Source of the DNA: Deltaproteobacteria bacterium
Lineage (GTDB): Bacteria; JAEEML01
DNA length: 63,521 bases
Direction: 5' to 3'
NCBI GenBank assembly: GCA_016283195.1
Contig: JAEEML010000089.1
Location: 1-63,521, forward strand
Shown: positions 38,117 through 46,901 of the stretch, one piece after another
Numbering within the stretch: position 1 is the stretch's first letter
Layout: each line of letters opens with the position of its first letter
The notes under the pieces: model-generated
The model's input: only the letters and a program-made list of their open reading frames with translations
The model's database searches: none
What the model was told of the DNA's origin: nothing
Translations under genes and position numbers: made by a program

Positions 38117-38173
38117 CTAAATTCCTATTTTCGGCCGGGGTATTAAAGGCCTGGAGAGTTTTACTAATTATTT

Positions 38174-38926
38174 TTACTTCCGGCAACCGTCTTTTATAAA
38201 ATCAGCCATAAGGGGCTCGGCTTTGCGGCTGATGAGGGAATAGACCACATTGCCGCGCTGCCACACCACCGCCTCGCGCTCGGTGCCGTCGGCGGTTAAA
38301 ACCTGGCATTTGGTGGGACTTTTGCGCACATATTCCGAGCTGTTTCTATCGGTAAAAACATAGAGCGAAGCCGGGGTGCCGTTGATCTCATAGCTGATAA
38401 AAGCCGTGGGTTGCTCGCCCAAGTAGGTGAGGCGGCCGCCGCGCACATGAGTGCCGGTGGAAATTTTGGGCAAATCAAATTCAAATGGCAGGTGACCGGC
38501 AAAAAAAGCGCGTAAATCCGCCTCGTTAGCGCTATTTACATCGAGTGGCAGGCGGTCGTCGCTTTGGCGGGCAATGGCTGTTTTAATGGTTCCTGGTAAC
38601 TGATTCTGCTCCGCGCCGCCGCCGATGAAGAAGAAGGCGGCAATAGAGGCGGCCGCCAAAAGGCCGGTACCAACAGCCGGCCAGCGCCAAAAAGATTTAT
38701 TCTTTTGGGCGCGCATATCGTTCATCACCAATTTTCTGAGGGCAGCCGGAGCCGGAGCCGGGTGCAAACGCTTGCGCAAAAAGCTGTGAAAATGCTGCTC
38801 TTTTTCGAGAGCCAGAGCGCATTCCGGGCAACTCTCCGCATGGGCTATGGTTTCGGCCTCTTCTGCCGGGCCCAAAGCACCATCAAGTAACATAGGAATT
38901 TGTAAATGAAATTCAGCACATTCCAT
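38174..38926 (-). CDS. Anti-sigma factor (zf-HC2 type), single TM
   Basis: N-terminal H-x3-C-x2-C (HAESCPEC) zinc motif, then a TM (AVGTGLLAAASIAAFFFI). Start overlaps the sigma stop as TAATG. Confidence 0.8.
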   Translation of the reverse strand: MECAEFHLQIPMLLDGALGPAEEAETIAHAESCPECALALEKEQHFHSFLRKRLHPAPAPAALRKLVMNDMRAQKNKSFWRWPAVGTGLLAAASIAAFFFIGGGAEQNQLPGTIKTAIARQSDDRLPLDVNSANEADLRAFFAGHLPFEFDLPKISTGTHVRGGRLTYLGEQPTAFISYEINGTPASLYVFTDRNSSEYVRKSPTKCQVLTADGTEREAVVWQRGNVVYSLISRKAEPLMADFIKDGCRK

Positions 38927-39540
38927 TAAGCTAAACCTCGCTCGCGCCGATACATATTTATATCTATCGGTGCCTCTTGTTGCCGTTCCAGTGTGACTTT
39001 GGCCTCAGCGGCTAAAAGTTGCCGGATTCTTTGGCGCCCGCGAAAGAGCCGGCTCATAACTGTGCCGATGGGCAAATCCAAAATGGCCGCAATTTCCTCA
39101 TAAGAAAACTCGTTGACATCACACAAAACAACCACGCTGCGGTAAAGCTCCGGCAATTTGGCCAGGGCCCGCTCCACACTTTCCGCCTCTAGGCGCATAA
39201 TAGCCGAAAACTCCGGCCCTTGGGCGCTGTCGGGGATTCTGTTAAGATGCTCATCAGAGGGTAAAACGTGCTCGCGCTCGCGCTGCAACTGGTGGTAACG
39301 ATTAATAAAAAGGCGATACATCAATTGAAAGATCCAGCCGCGAAAGTTGGTGCCTGGCTGAAAGCGCTTGTAAAAACGCAGCGCTCTTAAATAGGCATCG
39401 TGCACCAAATCTTGGGCATCGGCCTCATTTTTGCACAAATGGCGGGCGGCGGCATAGAGTCCATCGAGCTGCTGGAGAGCCAGCGTCTCAAACTCTTCCC
39501 GGCTTAACGTCTCGCCGCTATATTGTAATTCATTGGTCAT
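38926..39540 (-). CDS. ECF-type RNA polymerase sigma-70 factor
   Basis: ATG 39540 with GAGGA upstream; ORF-track 39633 adds 31 aa. Region 2 DLVHDAYLRALRFYKRF...FRGWIF; region 4 SYEEIAAILDLPIGTVMSRLFRGRQRI. Confidence 0.9.
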   Translation of the reverse strand: MTNELQYSGETLSREEFETLALQQLDGLYAAARHLCKNEADAQDLVHDAYLRALRFYKRFQPGTNFRGWIFQLMYRLFINRYHQLQREREHVLPSDEHLNRIPDSAQGPEFSAIMRLEAESVERALAKLPELYRSVVVLCDVNEFSYEEIAAILDLPIGTVMSRLFRGRQRIRQLLAAEAKVTLERQQEAPIDINMYRRERGLA

Positions 39541-39743
39541 AATATTCCTCAAGGGAGCTAACCGACTCCGGCTAATTGTAACCAAGTAACCCTTTTTACT
39601 ATTCCCAAAAATTTTAGATAAAGCCGACATCATAGCTGAAACGGCAAAATTTTCCCCTATAGCCCCCTAAAAGCATATTGGCAAATAACCTAACTAGTGA
39701 CTATAGTGGTAGCGGCGTTTTTTTGCCTGATTAAGGAGCCATC

Positions 39744-42587
39744 ATGCAATCTTATCGCTTTTCCCGCCACTTTTTGCTAAGTTCGTTTTGTTTGGCTGCT
39801 CTTTCGATTCTTAATCTTGCGGCTTGCAAAAATGCAGATCCTTGCAAAGATGTTACTTGCAACGGAGTCGGTACTTGCAACGTGGTGAAGGATAAAGCGA
39901 TTTGTATTTGCCAAGATGGGTACGACAGCGAGGGCGCTACTTGCGTCCCTAATTGGTGTCATGCTTTGGCTTGTGCCCACGGCTCATGCGCTCTCGAAGG
40001 CAATAATCCTTATTGCAAATGCGAAGAAGGTTATATCGGCCCCCGTTGCGATGAATGCGACACCGGTTATTCTCCTAATAACGGCAAATGTTTACCTGAT
40101 GGTGTAGATCCAAGTCAGTGTACGCCTAATCCGTGCGAAAATGACCCCTGCGCTCACGGAGTGTGTCGCTGTAATCCCAAAGATAATAGCGCTGTCTGCC
40201 TTTGTGATAGCGGCTATACAGGCAAAACTTGTACTGATTGTGCACCTGATTACACTCCTGATGGTTTAAACTGTGTCTTTAATAACTGTGCCACCGGCAC
40301 AGAAAACGACAAATGTAAAGAGACAACTTGCGGCAAAGGTGGCACCTGCGCTTGTGACCCTATTACCGGCATTGCCGCTTGTGAGTGCGAATTTCCTTAT
40401 ACCGGCGATTATTGTAACGAGTGCCTTTATGGTTACAATATGCAGGAAGACGGTACCTGCGCCAAGGCTCCGCCTTGCAATGTCATCACCTTTACTTATG
40501 AAAATCCGGCTGTTACTTCAGTCAAATTGGGCGGCGACTGGCTGGGCTGCCAAAATTGGGCCGAATGTGCCAAAAATATGACTAAAAACAGTAACGGTGT
40601 ATGGGAAATCACCGAAACTATTACCTCTGGCGGGCGCCATATATACAAATTCAATATCAATAATGACCCCAATTATTGGGCTCATGATCCAAATAACTCA
40701 AACCAAGTCGATGACGGTTTTGGTGGCAAAAATAATTATATAGATGTCTGCTCGGTGTGCAATGTCAGCCCCGACCCCTGCGAGAGTAAGACCTGTAGTT
40801 ACCACGGCGGTTGTTCCTGCTCCATGGATGATACTACTCCGGTGACTACCTGTATGTGCGGCGAGGGCTATGCCGGCGCCGATTGCCAGGAGTGTGCCAG
40901 CGGCTATGTACCTAAGGGTAATCGCTGTGTGGCTGCTATGTGCGGCGATGCCGGTAGTTTTGACTGGCGCGATGCCGTGCTCTATTTCGTGATGACCGAC
41001 CGCTTCTTTGACAGTGACGGCCAAGCCAAGACCGTCCAAGGTGCCACCAATGATCGTGGCCTCGCCAGTGCGCAATATTTGGGCGGCGACTGGAAGGGCG
41101 TTACTGAAAAGATGAGCTATTTAGCCGACTTAGGTGTAACTGCTATTTGGCTTGGCGCTCCATACAAAAATAGAAATACCATCGGCGCCGGCACCACAGC
41201 AGGCGATACAGCCATGTATTCCAGCTATCACGGCTACTGGCCAAGCCCCAAAAATACCAATTATGCTCCTATGTTTACCGGCAATACCATAGATACCTCT
41301 TTAATTACCGAAAATCGCCCCGTGGTAGAAGATCGCTTGGGCACAGAACAGGATTTGCGCGACCTCATCGCCGCCGCTCATAGTGCCGAAAGTGCTAATG
41401 GCCAGGGCATTAAAATTCTCTTTGATTACGTTATGAATCACATCGATACCGAAAGCGGTCTCTACCAGGCCACCAAAAATAACGGCTGGTATTATCTCGA
41501 TAACGGCAATATTGTCCTTTGCGGAGCCGATGGCGGCTGGCGCTGGGATGATGCTTTTTGGTGTACCAAGTGTGCTTTTACCGATTACCTGGCGCCTTTT
41601 GATTATGACCAAGCCGCCCCGCGCGAATGGTCGGTAAACGATGCTCTCTGGTGGGCCAAAGAGTATGGTATTGATGGTTACCGCCTGGATGCCATTAAGC
41701 ATGTGCCCATCCAGTGGCTTACTGATTTACGCATTAAATTCAATAGTTACATTAAAAACCCGGCAGGCGGCCGCTTCTATCTGGTTGGTGAAACTTACGA
41801 CTGGGGCAATCGTGACCTTTTAAACAAATACGTTAACCCGGCCACTATGCTGGATGGCCAATTTGATTTCCCCATGCGCCAGCAGGTGTGTAATGCCGTG
41901 ATGAATGGCGGCTATATGTCAGAACTTGCCAACTGGATGCAGGGCAACGACTCCTTCTATACCAAAGGCGCTCTGATGAGTACCTTCCTGGGCAACCACG
42001 ACATGCCGCGCGTCATCCACACTGCCACCGGCCAGGTTGGTTGCACCGAAGGTAGTTATATCGGCGATGGCGGCTATAATTCTTGGACATCGGATCGCTT
42101 TACTCAGCCTCAGGAGGCCGATCCTTACCGCAAATTGGGTGTGACCTTTGCCGTTCTGCTCTTAAATCCCGGGTTGCCGCTAATTTTTTATGGCGATGAA
42201 ATCGGCCTGGCCGGTGGCGGTGACCCTGATAACCGCCGCATGATGACCTGGGATGAGTCCAAACTGAATAATTACCAAAAAGAGCTGCGCTCCACGGTTA
42301 AAGCTCTGGCTACCATTCGCGGGCAAAATAAAGCTATAACGCGCGGCAAGCGCACCACCATTTCCTCTACGCCCAATACCTGGATTTACAAGATGGGCGG
42401 CTGCGGTGATGAGGCTATGCCCGATATTATTGTGGCCATCAACAAGTCGAGTGGCGCCGAAAATGTAAATATTCCGGCAGGTTCTTATACCGACCTCATG
42501 GCTAAAGCTTTAGGTGGCAGCGAAGCGGTGAGCGGCGGCCAAGTTGCTCTCCCGGCCTATGGCATTAAAGTGCTGAAGAAAAATTGA
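39744..42587 (+). CDS. GH13 alpha-amylase-family lipoprotein with N-terminal EGF-like repeats and a CBM48-like module
   Basis: Lipobox LNLAAC. EGF-like Cys repeats cover ~aa 30-240 and 345-395. All four GH13 regions are present: FDYVMNH, DGYRLDAIKH, YLVGETYD, FLGNHDMPR. Confidence 0.9.
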   Translation: MQSYRFSRHFLLSSFCLAALSILNLAACKNADPCKDVTCNGVGTCNVVKDKAICICQDGYDSEGATCVPNWCHALACAHGSCALEGNNPYCKCEEGYIGPRCDECDTGYSPNNGKCLPDGVDPSQCTPNPCENDPCAHGVCRCNPKDNSAVCLCDSGYTGKTCTDCAPDYTPDGLNCVFNNCATGTENDKCKETTCGKGGTCACDPITGIAACECEFPYTGDYCNECLYGYNMQEDGTCAKAPPCNVITFTYENPAVTSVKLGGDWLGCQNWAECAKNMTKNSNGVWEITETITSGGRHIYKFNINNDPNYWAHDPNNSNQVDDGFGGKNNYIDVCSVCNVSPDPCESKTCSYHGGCSCSMDDTTPVTTCMCGEGYAGADCQECASGYVPKGNRCVAAMCGDAGSFDWRDAVLYFVMTDRFFDSDGQAKTVQGATNDRGLASAQYLGGDWKGVTEKMSYLADLGVTAIWLGAPYKNRNTIGAGTTAGDTAMYSSYHGYWPSPKNTNYAPMFTGNTIDTSLITENRPVVEDRLGTEQDLRDLIAAAHSAESANGQGIKILFDYVMNHIDTESGLYQATKNNGWYYLDNGNIVLCGADGGWRWDDAFWCTKCAFTDYLAPFDYDQAAPREWSVNDALWWAKEYGIDGYRLDAIKHVPIQWLTDLRIKFNSYIKNPAGGRFYLVGETYDWGNRDLLNKYVNPATMLDGQFDFPMRQQVCNAVMNGGYMSELANWMQGNDSFYTKGALMSTFLGNHDMPRVIHTATGQVGCTEGSYIGDGGYNSWTSDRFTQPQEADPYRKLGVTFAVLLLNPGLPLIFYGDEIGLAGGGDPDNRRMMTWDESKLNNYQKELRSTVKALATIRGQNKAITRGKRTTISSTPNTWIYKMGGCGDEAMPDIIVAINKSSGAENVNIPAGSYTDLMAKALGGSEAVSGGQVALPAYGIKVLKKN
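40470..40761 (+). other. CBM48/AMPK-beta-like module (third copy in the window)
   Basis: PPCNVITFTYENPAVTSVKLGGDWLGCQNWAECAKNMTKNSNGVWEITETITSGGRHIYKFNINNDPNYWAHDPNNSN..YIDVC is clearly paralogous to the two modules in 9696-12527. Confidence 0.6.
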
Positions 42588-42605
42588 TTTTTTAAGGAAA
42601 TATCT

Positions 42606-43310
42606 ATGTCAAACCGCTTGAAAATACTGGGCTTAGTGCTTTTATTTGCCCCTCTTGCCGGAGCTTTTACGGCCTGCGCAACTACCGGGGCCGCCGGGAG
42701 CGGTAAAGCCGAGAAGCAAAAAGCCGGATTAGCTGCCAGCGGCCAAGAGGGCGAAGAAATCACCGCCGATGCCTTAAGTGATGCCGTACGCGTCGAGCGC
42801 TTTGATGTCAATAGAGACAAAAAACCAGATATTTGGAAATATTATTCCGCCTGGGAAGGAAACGAGTATTTAAGCAGAAAGGAGCTGGATTTAAATAGCG
42901 ACGGCCGAGTGGATATTATTCGCACCTATAGCTCCGACGGCCTTATTTTAAAAGAGATCTTAGATATGGATTTCGACGGCCGTTTTGATTCTACAGTTAT
43001 TTATAAAGGCGGCCGCCTTTTGCGCAAAGAGATGGACCTTGACTATGATGGCAAAATTGATTTGTGGAAACATTATGTAAATGACAAACTCACCCAAATA
43101 GATATTGATAAAAACCATGATGGTCTCCCGGATTATTGGGAATATTACGAAAACGAACAGCTGGATCGCGTAGGTTACGATTCCGATAACGATGGCAAAC
43201 CCGATCGTATTGAGCGCCGCACAATAGCCGAAGAAAAGCCGGCGGAAACTCCTCCTCAGGAAGACGAAGCGGAGGATAGCTCAGACGAGGAGGCGGAAGA
43301 TAGCGAATAA
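42606..43310 (+). CDS. Lipoprotein with six D-x-D/N-x-D-G-x-x-D calcium-loop-like repeats and an acidic tail
   Basis: Signal ending AFTAC. Loops DVNRDKKPD, DLNSDGRVD, DMDFDGRFD, DLDYDGKID, DKNHDGLPD, DSDNDGKPD. C-terminus EDEAEDSSDEEAEDSE. Confidence 0.6.
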   Translation: MSNRLKILGLVLLFAPLAGAFTACATTGAAGSGKAEKQKAGLAASGQEGEEITADALSDAVRVERFDVNRDKKPDIWKYYSAWEGNEYLSRKELDLNSDGRVDIIRTYSSDGLILKEILDMDFDGRFDSTVIYKGGRLLRKEMDLDYDGKIDLWKHYVNDKLTQIDIDKNHDGLPDYWEYYENEQLDRVGYDSDNDGKPDRIERRTIAEEKPAETPPQEDEAEDSSDEEAEDSE

Positions 43311-43312
43311 TT

Positions 43313-44200
43313 ATGATTTTTTATAAAAAATATATTTTACTGGCTCTTTTAGCGGGGCTCTGGCTTTTTATCCATCCCTATAAAGCGCACGGGGCGGATG
43401 CCACCACCGAGCGCAATATTTCTATAAAATTACAGCAAATTCATAAATATATTGCCAAGCAGGCTGTCTCTCCTTCTTTTGAAGAGATATTTTTGCACAC
43501 AGTTAAATCGTTCAAGGGAACACCATATGAAGGTTACGGCCATGACCCCATTGGTCCGGAGCGCTTAATTGTTAAAACCGATCAGCTTGGTTGTGTGAGC
43601 CTTATTGAGCTTTCTTTAGCTATTGCCAGAGTGGCCTACTGCGGCGATAATTCGCCAAAAACAGTGCTCGAGGAAATTCAGAAAATGCGCTACCGAGGCG
43701 GGCAGATTATGGGCTTTCCTTCGCGCTTGCACTACTTTTCCGAATGGCTGGATCAAGCCATAGATAACCACATCTTAGCCGATCGCACTATGGATTTGGG
43801 CGGCCGCACAATGAGCAAGGAATTTAATTGGGTGACAGCCCACAAAAATTTATATCCGCCGGTGACTATTAAAGAAAATCGTCTGGCGCTGCGCGAGGTT
43901 GAAAAGAATCTGAGCCAAAAAAGATTTCCTGTAATTCCTCAAAATGAAATTGCTGCCATTGAGCCGCTTTTAAATGAGGGCGATCTCATTGCCATTATCA
44001 CCGAAAAGCAAGGAATTATTGTCTCTCATGTGGGCATGGTGACGCTTTTAGGCCAGAAAAGACATATTTTCCATGCTTCGTCTCATCTTAAGAGGGTGGG
44101 TATCAGTAGCTACACGATTTCCAATTATGTACATAGCAAAAATGAGCGTATCGGCATTAGAGTAAGCCGCGTTGTTGCTCCAATTTGTCCTTTAATTTAG
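43313..44200 (+). CDS. DUF1460-like secreted protein (amidase/transglutaminase-like fold suspected)
   Basis: Signal peptide. FKGTPYEGYG...LGCVSLIELSLAIA resembles the DUF1460 signature (F-x-G-x-PY ... DC-x-x-F-V-E) as I recall it. Confidence 0.45.
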   Translation: MIFYKKYILLALLAGLWLFIHPYKAHGADATTERNISIKLQQIHKYIAKQAVSPSFEEIFLHTVKSFKGTPYEGYGHDPIGPERLIVKTDQLGCVSLIELSLAIARVAYCGDNSPKTVLEEIQKMRYRGGQIMGFPSRLHYFSEWLDQAIDNHILADRTMDLGGRTMSKEFNWVTAHKNLYPPVTIKENRLALREVEKNLSQKRFPVIPQNEIAAIEPLLNEGDLIAIITEKQGIIVSHVGMVTLLGQKRHIFHASSHLKRVGISSYTISNYVHSKNERIGIRVSRVVAPICPLI

Positions 44201-44219
44201 CTTGGTTAAGGAGCTGGAT

Positions 44220-44939
44220 ATGGAACGTTTGGCCGCTTTGAGCACTTTTATTAAGGACAAACATAACTATCAAATGGCCCATCTCTTTATGAGTTATCTG
44301 GCCTCTGGTCTGGCTCACGAAATGAATAATATTTTTACGGCCATTTTGGGGAATATTTCTATTGCCGGCATTTATTTGCAAAAAAATCCGGAAAAAGCCG
44401 CAGAAAAATTGGCCGATGCCGAAAAAGCCATCATGCGGGCCCGTAATTTAATGAGCCGGGTGCATCTTTTGTCCACCAAAAAACCGGCTAATAAATGCCC
44501 AATTCTCCTGTTGCTGGTGCTGAAAGATGAAATAAATCTATTAAATAATACATCTATTTGCCTTAAAGTTGACCCAGAGGAGTGGAATCCGCAAATAGAA
44601 TGTGACGAAGAGCTTTTTAGAGCAGCTATCCGCAATGCTCTTAATAATGCCATTGAAGCTACCGGCGATGCCGAGACGCCTATTATTGTTTCTGCCGGCG
44701 CGACTACCCTGGATGGCCGGCCGGCCGCTCTTATTACGATAAAGAATTGGGGCGACAGCATGAGCTCGGAAGAGCAGGGCAGCTATTTTATACCTTATAT
44801 TACTAAAAAGCCCAAAGCTTCAGGCCTGGGGCTCAATATTATCCGCGCGGCCATTGAGCTGCATGGCGGTAAATTGCAACTTGTTTCCAGTCCGCAAAGC
44901 GGTACAACTTTAGAGCTTATATTTCCGCTTAATAGCTAA
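44220..44939 (+). CDS. Soluble histidine kinase core (HisKA plus HATPase_c) without a sensor domain
   Basis: ATG 44220 lies 6 nt after AAGGAG. H box LAHEMNNIFTAILGN, N box NALNNAIEA, G box GLGLNIIRAAIELHGG. No TM and no input domain. Confidence 0.8.
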   Translation: MERLAALSTFIKDKHNYQMAHLFMSYLASGLAHEMNNIFTAILGNISIAGIYLQKNPEKAAEKLADAEKAIMRARNLMSRVHLLSTKKPANKCPILLLLVLKDEINLLNNTSICLKVDPEEWNPQIECDEELFRAAIRNALNNAIEATGDAETPIIVSAGATTLDGRPAALITIKNWGDSMSSEEQGSYFIPYITKKPKASGLGLNIIRAAIELHGGKLQLVSSPQSGTTLELIFPLNS

Positions 44940-44940
44940 T

Positions 44941-45801
44941 TTATTTGCCAAATTTTGGTAGCGGTAGAAGAGCTCTGGTAGCTTTTTTATAGGCCGCAAA
45001 ACCATCTTTCCGCGCTTGTCGGCCATCGGCCAGAGGAATGCTGACGGTTAAAAACATGATGGTATTCAAGAGAGCGCCGGCCATAAGATACCAGCGATGA
45101 GGTATGAGAGTAACGGCGGCCAAAGCCACCCCCCACCACATCAAAATTTCGCCTAAATAATTGGGATGGCGCGAATGTTTCCAGAGGCCCACATTTATAA
45201 AACCTTTGGGGCCACTGCGGCGAAAGCGGTGCATTTGGTAATCGGCAGTGCCTTGTAAAATCACCGCGCCTAGGGAAACGAGCAAAAAGAAGAGCGCCGG
45301 GAGGCTGAATTTGGGTTCTTCACGCATGACAAAAATGGCAGGGAGCATTACCATATAAACCACCAAAGTGGGAAAAAGGTGGATGCCCAAAAGATTTACC
45401 AGCTGATAAAGGCGACCGGTTTTTTCATGCAGCATGGTGTAGCGCCAATCCTGATGGGTGAGCCCGTGAAAGGTATAGGCCCAGTTAGCTGTTAAGCGCA
45501 CAGCCCATAAAGTAATAACGGCAAAAAAGAGCCAGTTCATAAGATTCATGGGCTTATAAAAAGCCAAAACAGCTAAAAAAACCGGCGGGGCCACACTCCA
45601 GTAGGGGTCGTAAAAGGAGGCGTTATTAAAAATAAGGCCTAGGAGATAAATAAAGATGGTGGCAGCCACATCGGCTATTAGGAGATTTAGCCAAAAGGAA
45701 TAGGAAAGATGGTTATAGAGCATAATGCCTAAAATGGTGGCAAAAATATAACCAATTAAAATAATAAAAAAACTTATTGGTCTACTGGCAACTTTTATCA
45801 T
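44941..45801 (-). CDS. DUF1295 / steroid-5-alpha-reductase-like membrane protein
   Basis: Multi-TM with WKHSRHPNYLGEILMWWG, the DUF1295 signature. Confidence 0.7.
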   Translation of the reverse strand: MIKVASRPISFFIILIGYIFATILGIMLYNHLSYSFWLNLLIADVAATIFIYLLGLIFNNASFYDPYWSVAPPVFLAVLAFYKPMNLMNWLFFAVITLWAVRLTANWAYTFHGLTHQDWRYTMLHEKTGRLYQLVNLLGIHLFPTLVVYMVMLPAIFVMREEPKFSLPALFFLLVSLGAVILQGTADYQMHRFRRSGPKGFINVGLWKHSRHPNYLGEILMWWGVALAAVTLIPHRWYLMAGALLNTIMFLTVSIPLADGRQARKDGFAAYKKATRALLPLPKFGK

Positions 45802-45822
45802 CGAAAAACTCCGCCGGCGGTT

Positions 45823-46713
45823 TTACATGGCCGCCAGGCGGCGCAAATAGTCACCATAGCCGTTTTTGATATCTTTGGCCAAAAGCAGCATATCATTTTT
45901 AGAAATATAGCCCATGCGGTAGGCAATCTCTTCCAGACAGGCCACTTTTAGCCCCTGGCGCTGCTCGATGGTGGCAATAAAAGAAGAGGCTTCCAAAAGG
46001 CTCTCATGGGTGCCGGTATCCAGCCAGGCAAAGCCGCGCCCCATAATCTCCACATTGAGGCGGCCGGCTTGCAAATAGGCACGGTTGGTGTCGGTGATTT
46101 CCAGCTCACCACGGGCCGAGGGTTTTTGCTTTTTGGCTACCTCCACCACATCAGGACCGTAAAAATAGAGGCCGGTGACCGCATAATTGGAGCGCGGTTT
46201 TTGCGGCTTTTCCTCAATAGAGATGGCTTCGCGCTTTTCATTAAATTCTACTACGCCGTAGCGCTCCGGGTCGTTGACATAATAGCCGAATATGGAGGCG
46301 CGGTTCTCTTCGGCCGCCAGCTTTAGCGCCCGCCGTACCAGGCCGGTGAGGTTTTGTCCGTAAAAGATGTTGTCACCCAAAATGAGAGAGACCGGGCTAC
46401 CACCAATAAATTCTTCACCAATGAGAAAAGCCTCGGAAATCCCGGCCGGCTTTTCTTGCGGTAAGTAGCGGAAATTTACTCCTAAATTTGAGCCATCACC
46501 TAAAAGCTTTTCAAATAGCGGCAGCTGCTCCGGAGTGGAGATAATCAAAATATCGCGGATGCCGGCCAGCATCTGGATGGAGATGGGGTAATAGATCATC
46601 GGCTTGTCGTAAATGGGCATCAGCTGCTTGGATATAACGTGGGTTAATGGGTAAAGCCGCGTGCCACAGCCGCCGGCTAAGACAATTCCTTTAGGTATGC
46701 GATAGTTTGCCAT
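45823..46713 (-). CDS. rfbA: Glucose-1-phosphate thymidylyltransferase
   Basis: [35 protein letters not shown] and the full-length RmlA layout. Confidence 0.93.
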   Translation of the reverse strand: MANYRIPKGIVLAGGCGTRLYPLTHVISKQLMPIYDKPMIYYPISIQMLAGIRDILIISTPEQLPLFEKLLGDGSNLGVNFRYLPQEKPAGISEAFLIGEEFIGGSPVSLILGDNIFYGQNLTGLVRRALKLAAEENRASIFGYYVNDPERYGVVEFNEKREAISIEEKPQKPRSNYAVTGLYFYGPDVVEVAKKQKPSARGELEITDTNRAYLQAGRLNVEIMGRGFAWLDTGTHESLLEASSFIATIEQRQGLKVACLEEIAYRMGYISKNDMLLLAKDIKNGYGDYLRRLAAM

Positions 46714-46825
46714 GAAAGCTCCTCAAAAAAACCGCTTGGACTAATAGCGCAAATCGCTGACAGTATAAAGAGAAATATATTGATGTCCTTGAGGAAAAAT
46801 CTCAGCCTGTGCTTTGCGTTATTAA

Positions 46826-46854
46826 TTGTCTTTTTTGATTTCCTAGACTACAAT
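46826..46854 (+). promoter_or_regulatory. Candidate sigma-70 promoter for the giant gene (TTGTCT-N17-TACAAT)
   Basis: -35 at 46826-46831 and -10 at 46849-46854 with 17-nt spacing, 48 nt upstream of ATG 46902. GGAGAAG RBS at 46892-46898. Pattern match only. Confidence 0.3.
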
Positions 46855-46901
46855 TAGCCGGAATATGCTGGCCTTTTTGTGCCGGCGAAGCGGAGAAGAC
46901 A

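Noticed and set aside
39541-39743. ECF-type promoter (GGAAC-N16-17-CGT-like) in the sigma/amylase divergent region.
   Set aside because: No convincing match was found by eye in either orientation, so no promoter feature is reported.
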